Below are positions 23,801-36,300 of a stretch of DNA of 64,000 nucleotides, one piece after another (position 1 is the first letter of the stretch; each line of letters begins with the position of its first letter). Location: assembly GCF_002571385.2 (NCBI RefSeq), contig NW_019218211.1, positions 52,359-116,358 on the forward strand. The letters run 5' to 3'. Source of the stretch: Stylophora pistillata (lineage: Eukaryota). The notes beneath the pieces were generated by a model, which was not told where the DNA came from, made no database searches, and worked only from the letters and a program-made list of their open reading frames with translations. The translations under genes were made by a program, and so were the position numbers.

Positions 23801-26800
23801 ACACCTTGACTCAGCCAGGTCTCAAACCTAGACTTCTCAATCTGCAGTTTAGAGCTCCTATTGATAACAGACTACCACCTATTCTGAAGGGATGACCATT
23901 TTTAAATAAAGGTCTTCTACTCTACTCTTCTGGGAGGCATGGTGGCCTCATGGCTAGTGCCCTCAACTCTGGATTGAGTGGTCTGGGTTCAAGCACTGGT
24001 TGGGGAGATTATGTTGTGTTCTTAGGCAGGACACTTTCTTCTCACAGTGCCTCTTTTCGCCCAGTGTCTAAATTAAATGGGTACCAGCAAATTTAATGCT
24101 GGGAGGTAACCCAGTGATGGGCTAGCATCTCATCCAGGGGAGAATAGAAATACTCCTAGTCACTTCATTCTACAGAAACCAGATTTAAGCACCAGCGAGA
24201 TGGGCCACTTGGGTTATATACAGACTTTACCATAACCTACTCTACTCAGTTCAGTGCATTAGGTCACCACTTACAGTATTTGTAAAGTAACATAATTAAC
24301 GTGACCTCTAATCAATCACACTTATAAATTAAAGAGGACTTAGTAGTAGCAGTACATGGTTGAAATGTTTTGGTCACAGTAATTTACTGAATGGTGAGAC
24401 AATTGTTATTGTTCTTCACTATGGTGAATAACTGCAACCCTTTTTAAACATAACAAGAAACACATGTCTTAAACATTGTGCCCTTATCAAAAACAATATG
24501 CACTAAAAACATTTACCAGATGAGGGTAATTTTTACCCGAATTGACCAATCAGAGTGCTTTGTTTCTTTAAGTTTACCGCCAGGTAAAGTTTACCCTAGT
24601 GGGGTAAACTTACCATTAGCAATTCGCTCGTTAGAGCCCTTCTATGGGCTGTATCGACGCAAAATAATTACATTCTTTCAGTTGTGCCTTCTTAGTAGCG
24701 AATTTCTTGATTTGGAGTTGAAAAAGGTGCAAAACCAATCAGCTTATATCTAGGATGGTGTGCTTTTGTATTTTTCGGGATTTGAAAATTGACACGGCTA
24801 TGTTTGTAATAATTGCGATGTATTTTCCTATTTCCAGCCTGTATCCAAACCCATTACTTCCCAGGAAAATAAAAGCACAGTATCAAGAACCTTGGTGACC
24901 TTGGAGGATCTTAAGAAAGTCAAGCTGAAGAAAGTTAAACAGGCTGATGAGAAAGACAAAGAAAACACAGAGCCTGAGTCCAAAAAGATTGGGTTCAAGT
25001 TGAACAAATCTGATAAACAAAATGACAAGCACTGTCTGGTAACTCTGAGGGATTTGAAGAGTGTGAGATTGAAGAAAAACAAGGAAGATGACAGTCTGGA
25101 AAAAATAAGATTACGGTAAGTTTTTACTCAATGTTTTTACTGTTTGTTAACAGGGTCACACAGGTCCTGGAAAATCTGGAAAGTCATGGAATTTAGATTT
25201 GGCACCTGGAAAGTCATGGAAAATCAGAATGCTTTTTATGAGTGCAAAGCAGTGTAGATCTGAAGTTAGATGAAAAAAATTAATAATGATAACCAACCGG
25301 TCAAAAAATGAGATTTCATTTTAATAGAAATAAACATTTATTCAGCACATTATTACAAGATCTACTCTTTTAGAGATCTATTTTAGACATCTTTTTTTAT
25401 GTATCTTTCAATTTTGATGCCAAATTATTGGTCATTTTCGAAACAGAACTCCTGAAGAAATGGTAGTCATGAGAAGAAGTCTACGCAAAGTGAATATTAG
25501 TCGTAGTCCAGGTGGGACTCCTGTGGTATCTGATAAAGCTCTTGAGCATGGAACTGGTCTCACACCAATGATGACTAGAGCACTGAGAAAGAAATTCCAG
25601 GTGTGACTGTGTACTCTTACTTTTTACTAAGCCAGTTCAAGGTCCACACTACAATTTACAGACCAAGTATTTTCTGCTTAGATTTATGGCCCAACTGCAA
25701 AGCCTATAAATCTGAGTGGAAAAACATGGCTCTGTAATTAATTTACTGTACAGACTGCGAAAAGGAGGATGGTATGATATTTGTTATATCTCTGGGTTCA
25801 AATAGAGGCAAGTCTGTTTACGAGCTGAGTGGCCGGCCCATCAGGCTGGCCCTTAACTCGGGTTTCTGTAGCATGAAAGGACCAGGAGCATTTCTACTCC
25901 CCCCTGGATGGAATGCTGGTCCATCATGGGGTTACCATCTGTTTTAAATTCCCTGATACTCATTTAAACACTATGTCCCCAGCCAAGGCGCAAACCCAGA
26001 CCACTCAATCCAAAGTCAAGCACGTTAACCATGAGGCCACTACACCTCCTCAAGTAGAAGGGGAAGATTCAAACAAACTTTTAAATTCAGTGTGCCGTAC
26101 ACTTAAGTATGGCCCACTAAATTGACCAATCATAGTGCATTGCACTAACTGAGGGATGTAATAGAATGTATTGTGCTTTGTTGCCAGGATTCAAATTCTG
26201 AAAAATGTTTGGGTCTAGCACTATTAACTAGGATTTTAATAGAATTTTAGTTACTGATTAAGGGCATGTTTGACTGGTTTTGCATTTTAATGTTTTTGAT
26301 GGGAAGGAAGCTGAATTTTTGAAGGATTTCTGTACTGTCCAAGTACAGGTGCATTTGAAACTAGCTGATCTTAAGAATGGTTTTTTGTTTTTGTTCTTTA
26401 AGCTGGGCTCAAGAGTTGTAAATTACTTTGTATGATCCTTTTTATGATATTTAGTCTTACAGTAACTATAAATTTTTACCTACTATTTTACCATTTTCTT
26501 ATCATTTCTAGCATGCACACCCTTACTCTTCACCTGATTCGCCATCAAAGAGACAGGTACATGAACCAATGAAATGAACTTATCACTGAGAACAATAATT
26601 GTAAAATGATGTTGGGATATCAATTGTAGCTCAAAAAGCGTGTTTTTAGTCAATGAAATTCACACCTACTCTAATGAATATTAAGGAACAATTACTTCCC
26701 CGCAGGACACTTACATCATTTTCTTCCCCTTATTTAACTTGTGCAACAGATTTTTCCAAAAAGGAAGGACTGCTCAGTCTAGATAATTAAAAACAAAATT

Positions 26801-26887
26801 TTCTGNTTTTTTTTTTAGAGTTTGTCTCCAATGACCATCAGATCACCAAAGGCACAGAAAGTTTTATCTCCTTTGTCCTTCAGATGA
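20849..26887 (+). CDS. PRR11: Proline-rich protein 11 homolog (in-frame TGA at 23308-23310)
   Basis: Exons 20849-21265, 22141-22263, 23257-23400, 24838-25115, 25447-25600, 26512-26556, 26819-26887. Basic N-terminus, coiled coil, CPCG, poly-Pro, VTLEDLKKVKLKK, LVTLRDLKSVRLK, LRKVNISRSPGGTP...GTGLTPMMTRALRKKFQHAHP, closely matching the human PRR11 C-terminus. Confidence 0.85.
21556..22056. repeat. Compound intronic repeat with nested inverted repeats
   Basis: AACAATTATTCGCC...GGTGAATA / TATTCACC...GGCGAATAATTGTT, and TTAGTATAATTTCAGAGC / GCTCTGAAATTATACTAA. Confidence 0.55.
22612..22886. mobile_element. hAT-like MITE (CAGTGGTGGATCCAGGA...TCCTGGATCTGCCTCT)
   Basis: Terminal inverted repeats with GGACCCCCC subterminal motifs. 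Confidence 0.6.
23928..24236 (+). mobile_element. Full-length tRNA-derived SINE with CORE/V-like central region; degenerate minus copies at about 23590-23880 and 25810-26050
   Basis: A/B-box head (TGGCCTCATGG...GGTTCAAG), TGTGTTCTTAGGCAGGACACTTT, AACCCAGTGATGGGCTAGCATC; CTACTCTACTC repeated at 23917-23927 and 24237-24247 (TSD). Confidence 0.75.
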
Positions 26888-27603
26888 AGTAATTGTTGTT
26901 TTATTTAAATTATTAGCTTTACAAAAGGGGGCTTGGTTAATTTCCTAGGCTCAGTTGTTCAAAGGGCAGATAACACCATCCACCAGATAAATCCCTATCT
27001 AATGACAAAGTGTTAACAAAATATACTGCATTATCCACCACAATGAGATTAAGTGGATGGTGTTATCCGCAACTGGGACCTGGCATGGCTATAACCATGA
27101 TATTTCTCAGCAATATAAGGGAAAAGAATTAAACACTTATTTAATTGAGTTTTAATACCATAACATGCAGTTAAATTTCTATCACTAATGATCATTAGTT
27201 TATGTTATGATCACAGATCATATAGTATTATTCATGCTGGTCAAAGTTGACAACTTTTGGGGAATGATGTCAAAGGTGAAAGCTCTAATAGCACACTAGC
27301 TCTTAATTTGGTTTAAAGTTCTATTTTTATTCTATGATTTTCCATTCTGGCAAAGTTTCAAAACTCTTTTATTTTTATTGCATTAACACATATTATTCCA
27401 TCACTGTAGACAATTTTAATTACCTTTTTTTTGGCTCCTAAACAAGGTGTTTATAGCCTTTAATTCAAGATAACTGATTTTAATAGGCAGGCCAGGGCTA
27501 TTGATTAAGATTCAAATGGATAAGGACACGTGTTTCTCTTGCTTAAAATAAGTACAATTTGAAGCTTCTTTTTTTTTATGTTAACTAATTTTGTTTAAAT
27601 TAC

Positions 27604-27809
27604 AATAGGCCATTTTACAGTTGTGTACTTAGTTGCCAAGCCTTTGATTCAGAGTGAGGCTAAAGATGACCTTGTTGGGATAGTTAGCGTGATAACAAAG
27701 TGATTTACATTTGAAAGGCAGCAAGGTTTGTATCATAACAAGGTCATCTCTAGCCTCACTACCATTCAAAGGCTTGACAACCAAGCACACAACTGTAAAA
27801 TGGACTATT
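27604..27809. mobile_element. Palindromic MITE, AATAGGCC-type termini
   Basis: AATAGGCCATTTTACAGTTGTGTACTT.GTTG.CAAGCCTTTGA inverted at the far end. Confidence 0.8.
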
Positions 27810-27965
27810 CCAGTTAATGGAATTAACTCTTTAGAGTCTCACATCAATGTCTATATTCTCCTTCTTGTACCTCATACATTTCCAGTTGTGCTGACAAGGA
27901 GAATCTGTTCAACAATCACAAACTTTTTCAGTTAACAATCATTTTCTCTCTTCATGACCTTAATG

Positions 27966-28493
27966 TATACCTGCCAAATCTCCCGCTTGCGGGTTGAAAA
28001 CTTCGATCTCACACCTACTCACGCCTGCAGGCCAATTTCTCGCTCCTGATTAAAAAATGTGAGTTGTTGCCATCTTGCTTGACTCAGTTTCCAAAAATAT
28101 GTTAACTCAGGCCCACACAAGGAACAAAAACCATGTGTCATTTCCTTTATACAATTTTACCACTACATTACAAAGAATATATTTCGTGAGCAGCTAGAAT
28201 AAAGCTTTATGGCCTTTTCTGGGAACACCAACATCACAACTACCTTAAAAAATTGACCATGCCAGTCTAAAACTTTCTGATTTTAGAACTATAGCACTGA
28301 TGTTATCAACTAACGTCGGTCCTTGTGGATAAGTGTTTTCTCGATAAATTCGACTTCAGAAGACTTTGGACGTCTTTGGAAGACTTCCGACATCTTCGGG
28401 AGTCTTCGGAAATTATTATGTCATCTTCAAAAATCCCAGCACTCCCAGGATAAAAATCTCACGCCTATATCTCAGAAAAAGTTGGCAGGTATA
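27966..28493. mobile_element. hAT-like non-autonomous element with 8-bp TSD, nested in a TTAA-ended MITE (about 27823-28570)
   Basis: TIR TATACCTGCCAA / TTGGCAGGTATA; CCTTAATG on both flanks. Confidence 0.85.
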
Positions 28494-29913
28494 CCTTAAT
28501 GTAAGATGCAGCAGTGATGCTGTGAGGAGGAATGAGATCCTGGTCACTCTAAAGAGTTAAAAAGGTTAAAATAAGAGACCTCAGTGATGTACCTATAAAG
28601 ACAGAGATATTTGATATTATGGCACTAAAAAAAAACCATTTATCAATTTGGCACTTTTCATGATGCTGGCTTTTTCAAGTGATGGGCATGCAATGTTTTG
28701 CTCGTGATTTTTAAGCTAGCTTTCCACGTTCTCCCAACGTCCTGAGCTACTTTATCACATGAAATACACCAGGAAAATATGGGTTTTTATTGCTCTTATG
28801 ACATAACTGGTTACATGTATGTTTTAAAAACCTGATAAAGCATCCACTTAGAAACAGAATTGACCAATCAGACCTTGTGTATACATATATATTGTGTTTA
28901 TTATAAATTACAAATGTTTAAAATTTAAAAATTAGTAAGAAAAATCAATGCCAATCAGGAACCCAATAGTAATGGGCTCTTGTGCTAACCTGTTATGCAT
29001 TAAAAATAAATTTTTTCACAGCAAAAAAAGTCTTGGCCATTGTTCACCAAGTTGGCTGGGATAGGTTTTGTGTAATGAAAAGGGGTTTTAATCTCTATTA
29101 CCTGACAGCTGTCAAACCTACAATTAAAGGGATTTAAGGGTACATCTTTAATACCTGTATATATATGAATTTGATTAAAGATGCAATGTATTGTTGTTCA
29201 ATAGTATGACCAGGTGCATTCATGAGTGATTTACCAAGCGTCCAGGTCTGAGAAAAACAGTCAGGTGACCACACCCCCTCCCTCCCTTCAGGACTTTTAA
29301 CCATTAATAGAGCTCTCAAGTCTCACATGTTGAGCATTAGGTACATGACCAACAAATTCAATCTAACACCCTCCCTTAGGGTTTTTGCGTTTATTATTTC
29401 TTTTAGTACCATTATCTTTTTATACATGCTTCAAAAATGGAAATGGAAATTCTCACTCAGATTAAGGAAATTTACACGTCTTAGTTACTTAATTTTTCAC
29501 AATTTTGCATGGGAACATGCCCCGATTCTCCTTCCCACCCCAGATTAACAATGCCAATGGCATCTCACTCTGCCAGCAAATGGACTTGAGGGTTCTGCAT
29601 TAGTATTATTTGTAATCATTGATGTCACTAGTACTTTGTACAACTAAAAAATTTGTTACAAAAGATGTTCAATGTTAGACGTGCTAGCAGGGCTTGTGGA
29701 CCTTTGACTGCTTTTTTATCAGAGAACAGTTTTGTTTAATTTTCCAAAAAATGAATTACCTAGTTTAGGACTATGAGTATCTCCCCTCATAGGTATGTGG
29801 GGGCCGTCTCCCCGTTACCCTCGGGCTTTGGTTCATAAATAGCGGCCAGGCACGCAAGCTAAGTATGTTGCTTTCCCTCTGCTTCGGTCGGAAAACTGGG
29901 ACCAATTAGAAAA

Positions 29914-31691
29914 ATGGCGGCCGCTTTTAGGAGAGTTAGAAAACGATGTTTTACGGTTCTTCAACAATGTAGCCTACGATTAACCCAAACAGACGCTTCC
30001 GTAAAATGCTCTGGCGATGTAAAATGTTCTCAGCTGCGAAAGAGAGGACTACTAAAAGTGAGGGGAAGAGATTCCGTAAAGTTTTTGCAAGGACTCGTCA
30101 CAAACGATGTGGAGGCTTTCCACAATAATGTGGAACAAAAAGCAATGTATGGTATGTTCTTGAACGCCAACGGTCGCACATTATACGACACCGTTCTCTA
30201 CAAAAGTGATGGCAGGGGAGACTTACCTGCATTTTTTCTCGAGTGTGACGTTAATGCGATACCAGAACTTACAAAGCATTTGAAGATGTTTAAACTGCGC
30301 TCGAAAGTTGACATTGTTCACGCAGAAGAGTATGTACCGTGGGCGATGTTTTCAATGTCAGGGACTCTAGACCTTAAGAATGTGTCGAGTACCTCGGACA
30401 TCAAAGTGCTAGTGAAGGATCCTAGGATTGAGCAGCTGGGATTCCGTGCGGTGTTGCCTAAAGGCTCGAGTCCGTGTGTTTGTTTTGAAGATGTCTACGA
30501 GACTGGAGACAGCTTTGAATATGACGTGTTAAGAGCCAAGCTTGGTGTTTGTGAGGGAGTTGATGAAATACCTCCTGGAAATGCAATGCCCTTAGAATAC
30601 AACATTGCATATCTTAACGGAGGTATATCTTGTAATTTACTAATTCAAACTCTAATGGTGACACCCATGGGGTCCAGAGTGGGTATGATTGTGGTCACAG
30701 GGTCCATCTGCAGGCTTCTCCCAACAGTGGAGATGTTGAGTGACCTTTACACAAAACAGCCAGTACAGAAAATTTAGGCTCAGCTGACTGTAAACTTTCA
30801 TTAAAATATTTGACCTTCAATTAACAATTATGGAAAAATTGAGTAAAGTTTGGCATTTTCAGTGGCTACAACTGACAGTCATTCTTACACTCAATACCGA
30901 TGAGTGTTTATCCATTGCAGCCCACTCACATGATTCTGCCAATACAACTTGCATTTTACCAATTAAAGAATTTTAAGAAAAGGGATTTCATTTCACTTTA
31001 CTACATGTAGGTGTGGCTTATGAGAAGCTTGCCAAAAAATAAACAAAATGTTACAAACCTTGAAAACCTTACTCTGGAGAAACCACATCAAACTAAGTAA
31101 TTGGTTTCATCAAATGAGTCATTAATGTAAATTGGACTCGGTAAAGAGTTTCTAAAGCTGACTTTTCAAGTGTTAGCTCTTCATTAGGGCAAACAACTGA
31201 AGCATTAAGTTTCAAAATTAATAAGTTTCTTTAGAAACTTATTCCCCTTTCAATTAACTCATCAGATTAGTTTGATGCCCTCAGCTTTTTGTACAGTTCC
31301 ATAGTTTGATTTGTCACATAGAATATAAGTAAATTATTAGCTTTCTGTTCTTTTGTTAGTTTCTTTCAACAAAGGCTGTTATCTTGGACAAGAACTCATA
31401 GCCAGGACTCACCACACTGGAGTCATTAGAAAGCGAACAGTTCCATTCAAATTTATGGATCCCAAAGCTGATGCAAATCACTTTGAGCCAGGAGTAAGAG
31501 TAAGGACCTCTGATGAAAAAGCTGCTGGCAAGGTTTGCATGATATATGGGCAGTATGGGGTGGGGCTGATGAGGCTGGAACTGGTAAAGAAGGAAGAGGT
31601 ACTTCTTATAAAGAATAAAGAGGACAAGGCCATGGAAGTTATTGCATCTTTGCCACAGTGGTGGCCTGAAGATGATCATGGCCTCATGTGA
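29914..31691 (+). CDS. IBA57: Mitochondrial Fe-S cluster assembly factor IBA57 (CAF17/YgfZ family)
   Basis: Exons 29914-30622 and 31360-31691. Arg-rich presequence, [57 protein letters not shown] signature, PQWWP C-terminus. Confidence 0.97.
31095..31270 (-). mobile_element. Degenerate Penelope-type hammerhead repeat; further decayed copies at about 42165-42240 and 62555-62665
   Basis: AAAGCTGACTTTTCAAGTGTTAGCTCTTCATTAGGGC is the decayed reverse complement of the motif at 6765-6798. Confidence 0.5.
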
Positions 31692-32053
31692 AATTCTTTT
31701 GATGATAAAAATGCTGGGAAGGAGTTTTGATCAGATCTTAGCAATGATTTATGAGCTGTTTCAGAAATCAATTTACAATGCTGTATTCTACCAGAGCCTT
31801 GTGTCACATGCAACTAACTTTTTTCTTTGGACTATTGTTTGTCATTGCTTTCATGAAAGCTGGGAATTCTAAAATCTTGAGGCAGCACCCTTCATGCATC
31901 AGTGGTTCTTTCATCTCAGATGCAGAACTTGAGGACTTTAGAAGAGAAGTCCCATAAACTATTTTGCAACATTCTTTTAAAGTGACAGATAAACACAAGT
32001 CAAAATAAAAAAAAAAATGTCTTTGTTAATTTGTAAGGTACACACCCTTTTGT

Positions 32054-32434
32054 TAGATACGATGAATATATGAAGTTCATATATTGCGATTATAGATATG
32101 TATGATGCACGATCCTAGCAGTAGAGAGCAGTATTTATGCAATAGCGAAAATCAGACCAGTGAAAAAAATCAGGCCTCTACAGGATTCGAACCACTGACC
32201 TCTGCGATACTAGTGCAGCGCTCTACCAATTGAGCTAACAAGCCAACTGGGAGCAGGCCGTTTTGAACGGCCTGCTCCCAGTTGGCTTGTTAGCTCAATT
32301 GGTAGAGCGCTGCACTAGTATCGCAGAGGTCAGTGGTTCGAATCCCGTACAGGCCTGATTTTTTTTTTTCACTGGTCTGATTTTCGCTATTGCATAAATA
32401 GCGCTCTCTACTGCGAGGATCGTGCATCATACGT
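32054..32434. mobile_element. Palindromic element with two head-to-head tRNA-Thr(AGT)-like units, 12-bp TSD
   Basis: ACACCCTTTTGT at 32042-32053 and 32435-32446; centre of symmetry near 32264; arms of about 165 bp. Confidence 0.88.
32284..32357 (+). pseudogene. tRNA-Thr(AGT)-like sequence inside the palindromic element, mirrored on the minus strand at about 32171-32244
   Basis: Acceptor stem GGCTTGT/ACAGGCC, D stem GCTC/GAGC, loop CTAGTAT, GGTTCGAATCC, downstream T run. The T stem is mispaired. Confidence 0.65.
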
Positions 32435-32545
32435 ACACCCTTTTGTGATGGAACAGTGTCACCCTTACCTTGCTTACTGCTTATTGGTAAACAAACTGAA
32501 GCTAGCATAACCATGTACAAGTAACATCATTTCACCTGGTTTACC

Positions 32546-32622
32546 AAGAGCTCAGTCTGAATAACTAAAAAGGAATAGGGCGTCAAGAGCTCAGTCTGAA
32601 TAACTAAAAAGGAATAGGGCGC
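32546..32622. repeat. Tandem duplication of about 38 bp
   Basis: CAAGAGCTCAGTCTGAATAACTAAAAAGGAATAGGGCG twice. Confidence 0.9.
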
Positions 32623-33322
32623 CAAAAGATACAAAAATGCATCTAGACTATTACAACAGCGACAAAGAGTTCAAATAAATTTAGCTTCATGCATACAATT
32701 ATTGTTTCACTTGCTAAAGCCACTGATGCATTTGTACTTCGTTGTTGTTGTTGTTTTTTTTAACCGAAGTTGTTACAATGCACTAGAATGCTTGAATACA
32801 GTACCAATCAAAAGAAAGTACACAGTCCCTTATTTATATGATTCTTTATCTTTGACTTTCGAACAGTTTGAGGATCAAGGCAGTGGAAAAATCTGTTGGT
32901 AGATATTTCTTTGCAAGTGTTTAGTTATTGATAATTACTTAGAACCCTTAATTGGCAGTTTGAATCACTTATTTAGGTGCCTGATGGGGAGATTGTTGGA
33001 ATGACATGTCACTAAGAATCTCCTGAATCTGTATTTTGATGGTTGCTGGAAAAATAAAGTGTACTTTGGAGATAGAAAACTTCAATACTGATCAGTTAAT
33101 TTGAGAAATCAAAGAGCTCTGTGGAGTTGTATCAAATTCATTGTCAAACAAAGCAATGCTAACCATTAATTATTTTTCAGAGAATTCCAGGGATGGCCAC
33201 GCAATCTCTGCAAGCATTTTATAGAAGATTTACTGTTTTTTTCGTTCAGTCTCTCATTAAACATTTTTCTCGACTCGGTGAAAACCAACCACTGCATGAA
33301 GAGTCACACAGAAAATTTAAAG

Positions 33323-36300
33323 TCATGCCATTTTAACAGCTCCTTTGTTGTCAATGACAATGACTTTTAATGCTCTAAGAACCTGAAAAGTAATAAAATG
33401 CACTGGTTAATGCAAAGAAGTGCAAGTTTGCACAATGCACTGGCTATGCTTCAAGCTGGACAAAGTCTATTTGCTTACTCAGTTATCTCATGGGAACATG
33501 TATCTTATAGTGGGCCTCAATCATGACATTGGTTATTAAATCGGTGGCTGCATCAGTTAAGTATTGGTCAAGCATTGGCCCATACTTGACCGATATGTTG
33601 TCTAATACTTGACCAATGTATCGACCTGAGTGGCAATTGAGATGTATGCTCTTTACTTGCATGGAAATAAGAACAGAGCATTACATGAGAATGTTGTACC
33701 TTTAACTTTGCTCCTCCAGTTGCTCCAGTAACCTTCAGTCCCATTTTTGTCAAGTCTTTGGGAGTTAGACTGGAACTATTAAGAAAAAATTATATAGAAT
33801 CTATATAATGAATATAATGTAAAATCAAATATGTGATACTGCTGTTATTTGACCAAATGGCAGGGTGATTGACACAAATGTTATATTTTTTAGCCTACCA
33901 ACAGTCTTGTAGTTAAGAGTGCTAAGAAATACACTCGCATACCTGTGTTTGTTTTTCTTGAAATGATGAAACAGAACATCATAAACCTAGCAAAAATCAT
34001 TACATTAGTTGGTATCTACTTGTGTCCCCCCCCCTCCCTCCCTCTCCTCAAAAAAAAAAAAAGAAAGTGGATCTTTTCTTGTTTTGTTACAATACACTAA
34101 AATATTAATCAGTGCCTCTCCTAATTTCCCTTTTCTAACAGAATTGTTGAATTGATATCAGTCAAAAAGTGAATGTGTAATTTGTAAGTCTTGGGTTTAA
34201 ATTATAAGTTCAAATTATCACTTAAAATTAATATTTTTGCATGGCCTCTTTTTCATCTTACCTTGTTAACATCCTGAAGTTTCACCCGTCCTCTCACAAG
34301 TTCTGAGACAGTTAAAAATTCTCTCTCATCAACAGGAACAAATTCATGTTTCCCTCTATTCACAGGTTTTATATCAGATTCTGCAATGAAATAGTAAGTT
34401 CTCAAAACAGTTTCTGTTATTAGCTCATTAAGTAACATCAGTGAACAAAACTTTAGGAAAAACCAACATCTTGCATCACTGAACTTTAAATTGCAAGTAA
34501 AAATTTCCCTAAAAGCTGAGTTTTTCTATTGCTATAAGACAATTGCCAGAAGTGTGTCTTATATTTGACATCTTCTGGTGACAACACCAATCCATGTTTT
34601 AGTACAGAGAATGTGCTGCTATAGCTTTGTTTTGGGCTTCGAAGGAATGTAACTACACAACAAAAGACTAAATTGAAACAGTCTTACAGAATGCATAATA
34701 ATTACTTAATTCGAATTTTTATGATTTTCATTCAAAGAAGAAAGTAAAAAATTGCAGACATTTCAGTTTTTATTAGTAAGTGTCTACCAAAAAAAACATT
34801 CTTAATTATTAAATTTAATATTTTGGAAATCATGCAGACCCACAAAGCTCATTATAACATTGTACACTGTAAAACTTGCTTCACTTCAGAAATGCAGTAA
34901 AAGACATTTTACCTTGCTGGGTTTTGCTCTCTGTGCCTTCAGATTTGTTTTCCTTGTCTTCTTCATCAGTACTCAGCTCAGAACTAGCAGTGTCTTAATA
35001 ATGTAAAATAACAGACAATCAGATGTCTCAATTATTTGTCAATTGAGGAAAAAAAAAGAATCCAAAAACTTACCTGTAGATAGGGGAGACCCCCTCCAAC
35101 TGAAACCTCACACTTGAAACAAAGGGGTTTTCCATGTCTTTCCCTCACACACGCAACAGCCATTTCATTCTTGGCAAATAAAATCGGACTTCCCAATAAT
35201 TCACTCCCAAGATCCCAGTTGTAGTAATTTTCCTGAATACCTCCCATACAATTCTTCCGAGATTAGTTCAACGAATTTTGTATTTGATCAACCAATTATC
35301 CCCTAGTTGGGATATTCTTTTATTCTCATCACTTGTATGCTGGATGATGTATTGATACACTGTTTATCAAAGAAAAATTCTGGCTTGGTCACTGGTTAAT
35401 TGCTCTACCCTGTACATCTCAACCATACCTATCTAGACTAAAAACAAACTCCTTTTTGACAAAGTCCATCGCACAAGTCAAAAAAAATTTCAGTGAAAAA
35501 AAAGGTTAAGGTTAGCGTGCGATGGGAAACTCTTTAAGTGATGGTGATACCCCACGGGAACACTTCTCAAGCACCTCACCCATGGAGCTCCTGCAGTGCA
35601 TCTATGTCACTTTAAGAGTTCCCCATGGCACACTAACAGCAATTTCTTTTTTTATTCATGCTACTTACTTCATCAAGGGACTGGGACTACAAGGGACTGC
35701 TCGTAGTCTAATGCCTATCAGTTCAAAACAAAGTCAACACAAATGGCACTGTATTTCATGACACTACAATCATAGGGAAGTCACACATGTTTTCACCCTT
35801 TTTTTTTTCTACATTGTCAAATGAAGGAATTCCAAGTTATTGATCAAGTCATAACATACCTTTTCTAATAGAAGACACTGATGTTTGTAGAAACCTCTCA
35901 TCATCACTTTTTTCCATGACCTTTTGTACAAAGAGAGACATTTTTTCATCAAAAACCATACCACACAACACTGTACAAGAACAAAATAAATATTCAGGTA
36001 CATGGGATTCAATTCTCACGGAGGAGCTGCCGGCCCTTCTGTGTGAAGATTTTGTAAAAGAGCTAGTTCTAACACTATAAAGTCATTCCTTTGCAAAATA
36101 ATTTTTTCCAATATACAGACTTGACGTATAATCTGTGGGGTGCAGTTTTTGTGCATCTAGTTTGACAGGAATCAATTCATACATATAATTGGAAGAGCTA
36201 GATGTAGAAATGTTTTTGTATGCAAACAAAATGTAAATTGTAAAACAATGGTTTGTGCTTCTTTGAAAAATATTCCAGGAAAAAAAATCTGCTTTCCTGG

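Noticed and set aside
26888-27400. SECIS element explaining the PRR11 TGA
   Set aside because: ATGA...AAA near 27265 lacks a pairing helix and the 3' GA of the quartet.
32284-32357. Functional tRNA-Thr gene
   Set aside because: The T stem is mispaired and the sequence is part of a mirrored, TSD-flanked repeat.
35074-35232. Extra SKA2 exon ending at a strong CAG/GTAAGT donor
   Set aside because: No good acceptor gives a phase-compatible exon (only a rare GAG acceptor), and the model is in frame without it.
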